DNA of 64,000 nt from Candidatus Saccharimonadota bacterium. Lineage in GTDB: Bacteria; Patescibacteriota; Saccharimonadia; Saccharimonadales; AWTP1-31. Positions within the stretch are counted from its first letter, which is position 1. Each line of letters begins with the position of its first letter. The notes below the pieces were generated by a model, which saw only the letters and a list, made by a program, of their open reading frames with translations, did not search any database and was not told the origin of the DNA. The stretch lies in contig JBPOHZ010000008.1 of NCBI GenBank assembly GCA_052034955.1, forward strand, positions 27,614 through 91,613. The letters run 5' to 3'. The position numbers and the translations under genes were made by a program. This document shows positions 18,713 to 27,228 of the stretch, piece after piece.

Positions 18713-19181
18713 GCCAGGCATTTTGTTGCCGGATAGTATCGTAACTCCGCTAGACCTGGGTAAGCTGCAGCGTGAGCTTTTTGCGTTAGATGAATTTTTG
18801 TCGGCTAGCAAAGGACGTAGCGGCAATAAGCTGCCATATACCAGCTCTGCACTTCAGTCACTGGCCAAAGATGCTAAGATCAACCTCTTAAAAGAAGACG
18901 ATCGGGATCAATTCACTAAGCAGCTACAGTTTGTACGTCGTACCGCGCCAACGGTCCAAATGAGCTTTGCTTCTGACCCCACCAAACAGGCCCTCAGACC
19001 TTTAGTTAGATGGTTCCGTGAAGCCGGTCACCCCAACACATTAATTGCAGTCGGTGTTCAGCCCAATATCGCCGGCGGATGCGTAGTAAGGACGGCAAGC
19101 CAGAGTTTCGACTTTAGCTTGCAGAAGCTCTTCAGGGACACCAAAAAAGATCTTGCAAACAGCTTGTCAATTAAGGCTTAA
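18684..19181 (+). CDS. Hypothetical protein with an OSCP/ATP-synthase-delta-like C-terminal region
   Basis: C-terminal ...VQMSFASDP...IAVGVQPNIAGGCVVRTASQSFDFSLQKL resembles the delta-subunit C-terminal pattern (VtsA...liGG..v..g...D.S....L) by eye. The start is uncertain (TTG 18684 or GTG 18702). Confidence 0.35.
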   Translation: MSRILNVSSEPGILLPDSIVTPLDLGKLQRELFALDEFLSASKGRSGNKLPYTSSALQSLAKDAKINLLKEDDRDQFTKQLQFVRRTAPTVQMSFASDPTKQALRPLVRWFREAGHPNTLIAVGVQPNIAGGCVVRTASQSFDFSLQKLFRDTKKDLANSLSIKA

Positions 19182-19213
19182 TATTTTTCTTTACCTCTGT
19201 TATAATATCAATA

Positions 19214-20272
19214 ATGAATGTTGTCAATAAACAGATAAAGGTATATGTAGGTCTAAGCGGCGGAGTAGATAGTTCTGTAACAGCTGCTCTTTTAAAGGAG
19301 CAGGGCTATGACGTCACTGGCGTATACATGAAGAACTGGAGCCAGGATTTGCCCGGTATGCCTTGTCCCTGGAAAGAAGACTACCAGGATGCCAAGCGTG
19401 TGGCAGTCCAGCTTGGAATTCCATTCAAGATGTACGATTTCCAAAAAGAGTACCGTAGGAAGGTTGTCGACTATATGGTTGCCGAGTATTTGGCAGGTCG
19501 GACTCCGAATCCCGATATTATGTGCAACCAAGAGGTTAAGTTCAAGGTGTTTCTTAGTTCTTGCCTAGAAGATGGCGCCGATATGATCGCTACCGGGCAT
19601 TACGCCGACACCAAAGATGGCCGGCTTTTGACAGCCAAAGATGACAACAAAGATCAAACCTACTTTTTATACCGGGTCACAGAAGACGCGCTAAAGCATA
19701 CGCTCTTCCCGCTGGGGGATTACACCAAGCCTGAGGTCCGCAAGTTGGCCGAGAAGTTTGGATTAGTTACGGCCACCAAAAAAGAGAGCATGGGTATTTG
19801 TTTCGTAGGAAAGGTTGGCATCAAAGATTTTCTGATTCACGAACTTGGTCCACAAAAGCCCGGCCCAATTATTGAGCAAAATGGCGTGACCATCGGTAGC
19901 CACGATGGGGCAATATACTACACCATTGGTCAAAGGCATGGACTAGACGTTGGCGGCGGACTGCCTTACTACGTTACTGGCAAAGATATGAAGAAGAACG
20001 AAGTTTATGTAACAACCCATATTGACGATCCAAACCTATGGACCAGGACTTTAACGTTAACCGATGTTCATTGGATCGGTCATCCAGCCAAAGATGGAGC
20101 TAAAGTACAAGTTAGAACCAGACACCGCGCCCCCTTAGTCGAAGCCACCTTAAGTATTGATGAGCACGAAACAATTCTAAATCTCAAAGATGAAATTCGT
20201 GCCGCTACCCCCGGCCAGTCCGCTGTTATATATAGCAACGATGTTTGCCTCGGCGGCGGCATTCTCATCTAA
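19214..20272 (+). CDS. mnmA: tRNA 2-thiouridine(34) synthase
   Basis: 352 aa. PP-loop GLSGGVDSSV and the typical MnmA body, including ATGHYA. TGTTATAAT ends 7 nt before the ATG. Confidence 0.92.
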   Translation: MNVVNKQIKVYVGLSGGVDSSVTAALLKEQGYDVTGVYMKNWSQDLPGMPCPWKEDYQDAKRVAVQLGIPFKMYDFQKEYRRKVVDYMVAEYLAGRTPNPDIMCNQEVKFKVFLSSCLEDGADMIATGHYADTKDGRLLTAKDDNKDQTYFLYRVTEDALKHTLFPLGDYTKPEVRKLAEKFGLVTATKKESMGICFVGKVGIKDFLIHELGPQKPGPIIEQNGVTIGSHDGAIYYTIGQRHGLDVGGGLPYYVTGKDMKKNEVYVTTHIDDPNLWTRTLTLTDVHWIGHPAKDGAKVQVRTRHRAPLVEATLSIDEHETILNLKDEIRAATPGQSAVIYSNDVCLGGGILI

Positions 20273-20337
20273 AAGATAATTGACACAAATACAAAAATAA
20301 TATATCGTATTCAATGACTATTAAGTCATACGTTGAT

Positions 20338-20392
20338 CTGCATATCTGTATTTGGTCGCTTGGATAAGCAGGGAGTAAGTAGCGAAACCGGG
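20338..20392 (+). promoter_or_regulatory. Candidate cis-regulatory pseudoknot RNA, copy D
   Basis: P1 is CUGCAUAUC/GAUAAGCAG. The loop carries GGUCGCU, complementary to the downstream AGCGA-AA-CC. A TTGACA box lies at 20280-20285. The RBS-sequestering hairpin UCUCUAUC/GAUAGGAGA (20424-20446) precedes ATG 20452. Confidence 0.6.
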
Positions 20393-20451
20393 ACGAATCT
20401 CTCTTGAATACAAGTTTGTTCGATCTCTATCAATTAAGATAGGAGACCTTT

Positions 20452-20892
20452 ATGTCTACAGAAAAAGAACTTAGCCCGCATCAAATACAAAGCAACAGGT
20501 TGTATAACAGAGCCTTAGACAAATTTCGTAGTGCAACTATTCAACTAGGTGTATTTGTATGTGGTGTCGCAGGTATTCCATTCGTGAGCGATTTTATCCA
20601 AGATATTGACCAAGCAAAAATAGTGGAAGCAGCATTAATTGGCAGTTACAGCACGGCCGTATTGGCTGTTGGAGCATGTAGCGTAAAGAATTTTGCGGAT
20701 GGTATATCGCTTAGTTCTGCATCTCACACAATTGAAGCTCTAGGCAATATCGCACAAGTATCGAGTCCGGCTGAAAGCTCAAATGTTTTGCCCCAGACTG
20801 AGCTAATGACTCAACCTGCTATTGAGGCCATTCAAGATATGGGAAATGATGTTATGAATGCTACACAACCGAGGTGGCGTGATGATGTCTAA
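20452..20892 (+). CDS. Hypothetical membrane protein
   Basis: 146-aa ORF with AGGAG 6 nt upstream and hydrophobic segments. Confidence 0.55.
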   Translation: MSTEKELSPHQIQSNRLYNRALDKFRSATIQLGVFVCGVAGIPFVSDFIQDIDQAKIVEAALIGSYSTAVLAVGACSVKNFADGISLSSASHTIEALGNIAQVSSPAESSNVLPQTELMTQPAIEAIQDMGNDVMNATQPRWRDDV

Positions 20893-21121
20893 CAGACGGC
20901 GCGGCGAGTACATCCCTTCTAGTCATCGTGTTCCAGATTGGAACGATGATTGCATGGATGGTGATATTGCAATGACAGTGTTTGCTACGAGCGCCTCAAT
21001 ATTATTCTCTACAGTCGCGGTAGTTGTGCTAGCAAATTGCCTTTCCGATCCAGAACCTCAGGTAGTTGTTACTCCGCCGGTTGTTATAACTATCGATACA
21101 TCAATACCTCCACAAAGGTAA
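20882..21121 (+). CDS. Hypothetical small membrane protein
   Basis: GAGGTGG lies 4-7 nt upstream of tandem ATGs at 20882 and 20885. The start overlaps the upstream stop, suggesting translational coupling. One TM helix. Confidence 0.45.
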   Translation: MMSNRRRGEYIPSSHRVPDWNDDCMDGDIAMTVFATSASILFSTVAVVVLANCLSDPEPQVVVTPPVVITIDTSIPPQR

Positions 21122-21182
21122 TATTAGACTTCAATTGATTAGCCTGGCTTGAGTCCTGAGCTACCTCTGTTATAATAGCTGT

Positions 21183-23081
21183 ATGAATGCACAAGCTATC
21201 CGTAAGGCCTATTTAGATTTTTGTACAGAAAATAAGCACGTAGTCATACCGCGGGCCAAGCTGGTGCCGGACAATGATCCAACGACACTTTTTACTGGTT
21301 CAGGTATGCAGCCACTCCTGCCATATTTACTGGGCGAGCCACATCCTGCCGGTACTCGTGTTGCTGATAGCCAGACCTGTTTTCGTGCCGATGATATAGA
21401 AGAGGTCGGCGACAATCGTCATACGACTTTCTTCGAAATGCTTGGTAACTGGAGTTTTGGTGACTACTTTAAGGCCGAACAGCTTCCATGGTTCTTTACC
21501 TTCTTGGTTGATCGGGTTGGTTTGGACCCAAATAAACTGTACGTTACTGTTTTTGCGGGCGATAAGGAATTCGATTTGCCACAAGATGATGAGTCGGTAG
21601 ATATCTGGCAGGGGCTATTCAAGAGTAAGGGTATTGACGCCCAGGCAGCCATGATTGGTTCCGAGGCCGACGGTTACAAGCGCGGAGTCAACTCCGGCGA
21701 ACGAATCTTTTATTACGACGGAGCCAAAAACTGGTGGAGTCGTGGGGGCAAGCCGGCTACAACACCAGTGGGCGATCCTTGTGGACCCGACAGCGAAGTG
21801 TTTTATATGTTTGACGAAGTCGAGCACAATCCCGAATTTGGTGAGCACTGCCATCCAAACTGTGACTGTGGCCGATTCATGGAAATCGGTAACTCAGTAT
21901 TTATGACCTACAAACGAACCGACAAAGGTTTCGAGGAGCTACCAAACAAAAACGTCGACTTTGGCGGTGGACTGGAACGTATCGCTGCGGCTGCCATTAA
22001 TAGCCCTGATATGTTTAAGATCAGCTTGTTGTGGCCACTTGTCGAGGGTCTCGAGTCTGCAACAAACAAGAAATATAGTGACCACACTGCCGCAATGCGA
22101 GTCATCGCTGATCACCTTCGTGTAGCAGTTTTCTTGGCGGTTGACGGGGTTACCCCGAGCAATAAAGAGCAGGGCTACGTTATGCGCCGGCTCCTGCGCC
22201 GGGCTATTCGTTTTGCCTTTGATCTTGGTATAGAAAAAGATTTGATGCAACTAGCTATCCCGATTGTGCTTGAAGCTTACCATCAAGATTTCCCAGAAAT
22301 AGCTGAGCAGCAGGATAAGATTATGGAAATCCTAATCAAAGAAGAAAAAACTTTCCGTCAGACGCTGACCAAAGGCCTCCGTGAATTTGCCAAACTGTTT
22401 GATGGAGCAGACCAAAAACAACATGGTGAGCTCATCTTTAAGTTATACGACACTTATGGATTTCCCATGGAACTTAGCGAGGAAGAGGCTAAGCAGCAAG
22501 GGATTGACCTGGCATTAGACTGGCGCGAGCAGTTCGACACTCATATGCAAAAGCAGCGTGATATGTCCCGCACGGCTACCAAAGGTCAGTTTAAGGGTGG
22601 CTTGGGTGGTCAGACCGATCAACACAAGAAGTACCACACTGCAACGCACCTCATGTACCAAGCACTTCGTGAAGTTTTGGGAGATCATGTTATTCAGCGA
22701 GGAAGTAACATTACCGAAGAGCGGCTGCGTTTTGACTTTAGCCACGACGAAAAAGTAACCCGTGAGCAGTTAGACCAAGTAGAACAGATTGTTAACGAAC
22801 AGATTGGCAAAGACCTTAAAGTAAGCTGGGCAGAATATCCTACTGCCGAAGCCACTGGCCCACTTGGTGCACTTGGACAATTTGGTGACCGTTATGGCGA
22901 CACCGTTAAGGTTTACAAAATGATTGCCGACGGCGTCGACAAGCCATTTAGCTTCGAGATCTGCGGTGGTCCACATGTCGACCATACTCTTCAGCTTTTC
23001 GAAGATAATAAGAAATTTAAAATTCTAAAGGAAGAAGCAAGTTCTGCGGGTGTGCGGCGCATAAAAGCTGCTTTAGTTTAG
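21183..23081 (+). CDS. alaS: Alanine--tRNA ligase, short form ending after the editing domain
   Basis: 632 aa. N-terminal class II core (FTGSGMQP, FEMLGNWSFGDYFK). Editing-domain motifs HTATHLM and CGGPHV. Ends ...GVRRIKAALV with no C-Ala domain. Confidence 0.9.
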   Translation: MNAQAIRKAYLDFCTENKHVVIPRAKLVPDNDPTTLFTGSGMQPLLPYLLGEPHPAGTRVADSQTCFRADDIEEVGDNRHTTFFEMLGNWSFGDYFKAEQLPWFFTFLVDRVGLDPNKLYVTVFAGDKEFDLPQDDESVDIWQGLFKSKGIDAQAAMIGSEADGYKRGVNSGERIFYYDGAKNWWSRGGKPATTPVGDPCGPDSEVFYMFDEVEHNPEFGEHCHPNCDCGRFMEIGNSVFMTYKRTDKGFEELPNKNVDFGGGLERIAAAAINSPDMFKISLLWPLVEGLESATNKKYSDHTAAMRVIADHLRVAVFLAVDGVTPSNKEQGYVMRRLLRRAIRFAFDLGIEKDLMQLAIPIVLEAYHQDFPEIAEQQDKIMEILIKEEKTFRQTLTKGLREFAKLFDGADQKQHGELIFKLYDTYGFPMELSEEEAKQQGIDLALDWREQFDTHMQKQRDMSRTATKGQFKGGLGGQTDQHKKYHTATHLMYQALREVLGDHVIQRGSNITEERLRFDFSHDEKVTREQLDQVEQIVNEQIGKDLKVSWAEYPTAEATGPLGALGQFGDRYGDTVKVYKMIADGVDKPFSFEICGGPHVDHTLQLFEDNKKFKILKEEASSAGVRRIKAALV

Positions 23082-23087
23082 TTCAGT

Positions 23088-23693
23088 ATGTTAGACACCG
23101 ATACTACTCCGGAGTATTTGCAATTGGCAAAAGAACAGTTTCTGTATTTGCCGGATACCATTGATCCGATAACTGCTAAAAAAGCAGCTCGAAGTTTAAT
23201 CAAGCTCAACTCACCATACGATGGCGAAAAAGAATATGTCGATAAAGGTCTTGTGCATGGTGTCCGTAAGATTTCTGCCTCGCCAAAAAGAATAGCAAGC
23301 CCAATTCAGGAAGTTGCAGAAGTCCAGCAAAGGATACGTCTGGTCTTGATGGACTTAGGATTAGCTGATCCAGAGTGGTGTGATGATTCGATAAATCACA
23401 GGATTTCTTCATTAGCTCAAATTGCCTTACCGGGCGGCCACTTTGATAATCATCAGGATAGACTATCTAGGACGCGTATTTTTGCCATTACTTCACTAAT
23501 GGGAACGCGAAGATTTAGGATGACAAGAAGTTACGAGGCTAAAGAAGCTTTTCCGGCGCCGCACGAGCCAGAAAAAATTGTAGATGTCCAGCAGGGTGGG
23601 TTACTTGTTGTCGATGGATTCGCTAATCCATGGCACTCTACAGTCAACCAGAGCGAACTTCTAGGTGTTAACCTGTTGATGTACGAACTATAA
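23088..23693 (+). CDS. Hypothetical protein (possible HxD...H double-stranded beta-helix oxygenase-like)
   Basis: 201 aa. GGHFDNHQD and a distal NPWHS could form an HxD...H metal triad. This is weak evidence. Confidence 0.3.
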   Translation: MLDTDTTPEYLQLAKEQFLYLPDTIDPITAKKAARSLIKLNSPYDGEKEYVDKGLVHGVRKISASPKRIASPIQEVAEVQQRIRLVLMDLGLADPEWCDDSINHRISSLAQIALPGGHFDNHQDRLSRTRIFAITSLMGTRRFRMTRSYEAKEAFPAPHEPEKIVDVQQGGLLVVDGFANPWHSTVNQSELLGVNLLMYEL

Positions 23694-23749
23694 ATATTCT
23701 GATTACTCCTATGATTACGGGCTGATAAGATGTTATACTGGTTTAGCTT

Positions 23750-25060
23750 ATGCTAGACAAAATAAAGAACCTCAAAAGCACAGTGAGCGCCAACGTTGCG
23801 TCCAAAACAAATCGTGCAAAAAAAGACGAAAGCCAATACCTTGTCGCTCTCGACATTGGTACTGAGTTTGTAAAAGCACTTATCGGAAAAGTTACCGACG
23901 ACGGCATAGACATTGTTGGTGTTGGTCGAACTCATCAAGAACTAAGTGATATGCAGGCAGGTGCGATTGCCGATATTCAATCTGTTGTGAAGAACTGCGA
24001 CGACGCTCTTAGCCAGGCCGAAGAGCAAGCCGGTGTCAGCACCAAGGCAGCCGTTATTGGTATTGCCGGCGAGCTAGTTAAAGGTACAACCACCACGGTT
24101 CACTTCAATCGCAAAAATCCCGAAAAAGAAATCGACATTACCGAAATGGAGAAGATTATTGGATTGGTCCAGCAACGTGCCCGTGAGCGAGCCAAGCAAC
24201 AGCTTGCCTGGGAGCTTGGCGGTAAAGATGTAGAGATCAGGCTAGTTAACAGTGCTTTGGTAAATATCGAGATCGACGGCTATCCAATTACAAGTCCAGT
24301 CGGCTTTAAGGGCAAGGAAGTGGTCGTCCAGCTTTATACAGCTTTTGCGCCAATGATACACATTGGAGCGTTGGAGCGAACCGCAAAAGAGCTAGATCTA
24401 GACCTACTGGCTGTCGCAGCCGAGCCGTTTGCTGTTGCCCGTTCGGTTATTGGGGATGATTCTAACAATGGAATGAGTGCCATCCTTATGGACGTCGGTG
24501 GAGGAACTACTGATATCGCTGTTATTAACGATGGTGGAGTCCAGGGAACCAAAATGTTTGGAATTGGCGGCCGGGCATATACCAGGAGTATCGAAAAAGA
24601 CTTGGGTGTTAGCTTTGCCACAGCCGAAGAGCTCAAGCTAGGGCTCTCTACCGGAAAGGTGGCCGAAAGCAAGCGTCCGGTTATCGAGAAAAGCCTAAAA
24701 AAGACACTCGACGTTTGGACATCGGGTGTCGAGTTGGCCTTGGGTGAATTTACCCAACTGGACCATTTGCCGCGACGCATCTTGCTGTGTGGAGGTGGCT
24801 CTAGCCTAGATATGCTTATGCATACTCTGGAGTCATCAAACTGGTACTCCGACCTTCCTTTTACCCGCAAACCGGTAGTCCAGCACATTAAGCCGAGCCA
24901 CGTGGCGGGCATTGACGACCATACCGGAACAGTTACTGACCATACCTTTATTACGGCAATGGGGCTGCTAAGAGTAGGTCTGGACACTATGCAGCAAGAA
25001 GGTGACGCGCCATCCGACGGGTCTTTTCGGCAAAAAATTGATAAAATTCTAAGAGTATAA
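23750..25060 (+). CDS. ftsA: Cell division protein FtsA (actin-like ATPase)
   Basis: 436 aa. LVALDIGTEFVKALIG phosphate-1 motif, MDVGGGTTDIAV, LCGGGS, and a C-terminal amphipathic tail FRQKIDKILRV. Confidence 0.85.
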   Translation: MLDKIKNLKSTVSANVASKTNRAKKDESQYLVALDIGTEFVKALIGKVTDDGIDIVGVGRTHQELSDMQAGAIADIQSVVKNCDDALSQAEEQAGVSTKAAVIGIAGELVKGTTTTVHFNRKNPEKEIDITEMEKIIGLVQQRARERAKQQLAWELGGKDVEIRLVNSALVNIEIDGYPITSPVGFKGKEVVVQLYTAFAPMIHIGALERTAKELDLDLLAVAAEPFAVARSVIGDDSNNGMSAILMDVGGGTTDIAVINDGGVQGTKMFGIGGRAYTRSIEKDLGVSFATAEELKLGLSTGKVAESKRPVIEKSLKKTLDVWTSGVELALGEFTQLDHLPRRILLCGGGSSLDMLMHTLESSNWYSDLPFTRKPVVQHIKPSHVAGIDDHTGTVTDHTFITAMGLLRVGLDTMQQEGDAPSDGSFRQKIDKILRV

Positions 25061-25079
25061 ACGACATTAGGGGCAAACC

Positions 25080-26798
25080 ATGGCAGAAGCGGCTAAAGAC
25101 ACCATTTATATCGACATCGATGATGACATAACTAGCATCATTGATAAAGTTACCCAAAGTAAGAATAAGATTGTTGCATTAGTTTTGCCCAAGAGGGCCA
25201 GTGCCTTGCAAAGCATTGTCAACATGAAACTCCTAAAGCGGAGTGGAGATAGCAACAAAAAGAAGCTTGTCCTGATAACCTCCGAATCCGGACTATTACC
25301 TCTGGCTGGCGCAGTAGGTTTGCATGTTGCAAAAACGCTGCAATCCAAGCCGTTAATACCGGCCGCCCCAAATGTTCCATCTCACGAAGTCGAGGCCGAA
25401 GACGCCATTGACGATGCCATAAAAGAAGATGACTCTGATCTTGATGCAGACGCCAAGTTAGACAGTGCCAAGCCGGTGGGTGAACTAGCGGCCGCCAGTA
25501 AGGCATCTAGCCAGGCACCAGAGGAAACGATAGAGTTAGACGATGAGCCAGAAGAAGTGGAAGAGGCCAAGTCAGATAAAAAATCCACTAAGAATGATAA
25601 AAAGCTGAAGATCCCTAACTTCAACTCCTTCCGCAAGAAAATACTAATCGGCGGAGTTGCCTTTGTGGGTCTAATCGTGTTCTGGTATTTTGCAAATTTT
25701 GTCATGCCAACCGCCAATGTAGTTATTACCACTGATAACGTAAGTGTTACGGCCGAGGTTACGCTTACTGCCGATACTGGAGCCGAAGCATTTGATGCCG
25801 AAAAGGGCTTAGTTCCGGCAACAGAAGTTTCTGTAAAGAAAACGGACACCGAAAAGGTACCCGCCACTGGCAAAAAGAATGTCGGCGAAAAGGCCACCGG
25901 AACAGTAAGCCTTCAGCTTACCAACTGTTCAGATGTTTCGGTCACGGTTCCGGCCGGTACCGGAGTGAGCAATAACGGACTGACCTATATTACTCAGGCG
26001 AGTGCGACATTCTATAGCATTCTTATCGGCGGCAGTTGCCAGAACTCAACTCGGCCAGACCTGACTACGGCTACCATAAATGTTGTGGCCCAGAATTCTG
26101 GCGATGAATACAATATCAGCGAGAATCGAAAGTTTACAGTTAGTGGGTTTAGTAATGTAACTGGCTTTACTAGTAGTTCAATGTCTGGCGGTACTGATAA
26201 GCAGGTCAAGGTTGTTAGTAAAGAGGATATAGAATCAGCAAGTGAAAAGCTTAAAGACAAAAGCCTCAGTGCGGCTACCGAAGAACTTAAGAAGAAGATA
26301 ATAGATCAAGGATTATATCCGATAGTCGAAACGCTTACATCTGGAAGTTCTAAAGTATCTTCATCGCCAAAGGTTGGCAAAGAAGCCGACGAGGCTACTG
26401 TGTCTAGCGATGTCACCTACAAGATGCTCGGAGTAAAACGTGACGACCTCAAGACCTTGATTGTCGATAACGCCAACGAGAAAATTGACACTAGCAAACA
26501 AAAGATCAGTGACGATGGCCTAGACGGTGATAACGCTGTCATTAAGGTCACTAACCAGGACGATAATCAGCGGCAGAATATAACCATTCAATCCAACGTT
26601 GGAACCGGTGCACAAGAAGATCAGGATGCTATCAAGCAAGAGATATCTGGCAAAAAGAAGGGGCAGGCCGAACAGCTACTCAAAGCCAGGCCAGGTGTGA
26701 CAGAAGTCAATGTTAACCTTAGTCCATTCTGGGTAAGTAGTGTCCCCGGCAAGGCAAGCAAAATAACCATAGAGTTCAAACAGGTTCAGAACCAGTAG
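25080..26798 (+). CDS. Hypothetical bitopic membrane protein (acidic linker, one TM helix, large extracytoplasmic domain)
   Basis: 572-aa ORF. N-terminal globular part, a D/E-rich linker, the TM segment GGVAFVGLIVFWYFANFV, then a Ser/Thr/Val-rich region. Confidence 0.6.
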   Translation: MAEAAKDTIYIDIDDDITSIIDKVTQSKNKIVALVLPKRASALQSIVNMKLLKRSGDSNKKKLVLITSESGLLPLAGAVGLHVAKTLQSKPLIPAAPNVPSHEVEAEDAIDDAIKEDDSDLDADAKLDSAKPVGELAAASKASSQAPEETIELDDEPEEVEEAKSDKKSTKNDKKLKIPNFNSFRKKILIGGVAFVGLIVFWYFANFVMPTANVVITTDNVSVTAEVTLTADTGAEAFDAEKGLVPATEVSVKKTDTEKVPATGKKNVGEKATGTVSLQLTNCSDVSVTVPAGTGVSNNGLTYITQASATFYSILIGGSCQNSTRPDLTTATINVVAQNSGDEYNISENRKFTVSGFSNVTGFTSSSMSGGTDKQVKVVSKEDIESASEKLKDKSLSAATEELKKKIIDQGLYPIVETLTSGSSKVSSSPKVGKEADEATVSSDVTYKMLGVKRDDLKTLIVDNANEKIDTSKQKISDDGLDGDNAVIKVTNQDDNQRQNITIQSNVGTGAQEDQDAIKQEISGKKKGQAEQLLKARPGVTEVNVNLSPFWVSSVPGKASKITIEFKQVQNQ

Positions 26799-26799
26799 G

Positions 26800-27228
26800 A
26801 TGGATAGTTCTACCAATAACGACTCGGCAATCTTGGCCTTAGACGTGGGAGCCGCTAGGATTGGCGTGGCCAGTGCGACGATGCCTGCCAAGATAGCTTG
26901 TCCGCTTACCTATCTTCCTAACCACGAAGGAATTGTAGAGGATATAGTAAAGTTGGTTAAGGACCACCAAGCTACAGCTTTGGTAGTCGGCTTGCCTAGG
27001 GGGCTGGACGGCCAAGAAACAGCCCAAACAAATGCCATACAGGAGTTTGTCGCTAAGCTCAAGCCAAGTCTTGATGTTCCAATACACATGCAGGACGAGG
27101 CGCTGACATCTCGCCAGGCAGAGATAGAGCTCGAGGCCCGTGGCAAGGCTTACACCAAAGGTGATATCGATGCCCTGGCCGCTTGCTATATATTGACAGA
27201 CTTCATAAATGAGTATAAGACTTGGTAG
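26800..27228 (+). CDS. ruvX: Holliday-junction-resolvase-like nuclease YqgF/RuvX
   Basis: 142 aa. ILALDVGAARIGVA N-terminus, VVGLPRGLDG, and DEALTS motifs. Confidence 0.85.
   Translation: MDSSTNNDSAILALDVGAARIGVASATMPAKIACPLTYLPNHEGIVEDIVKLVKDHQATALVVGLPRGLDGQETAQTNAIQEFVAKLKPSLDVPIHMQDEALTSRQAEIELEARGKAYTKGDIDALAACYILTDFINEYKTW

Noticed and set aside
24334-24987. 217-aa minus-strand ORF, plus similar long antisense ORFs at 8969..9493, 25382..25897, 26839..27258, 53383..53886 and 57847..58308
   Set aside because: Each lies fully inside a well-supported + strand gene (ftsA, the MFS transporter, the 572-aa membrane protein, ruvX, the pentapeptide protein, the FAD oxidase). Their sequences are low-complexity, Ser/Pro/Arg-rich shadow translations.
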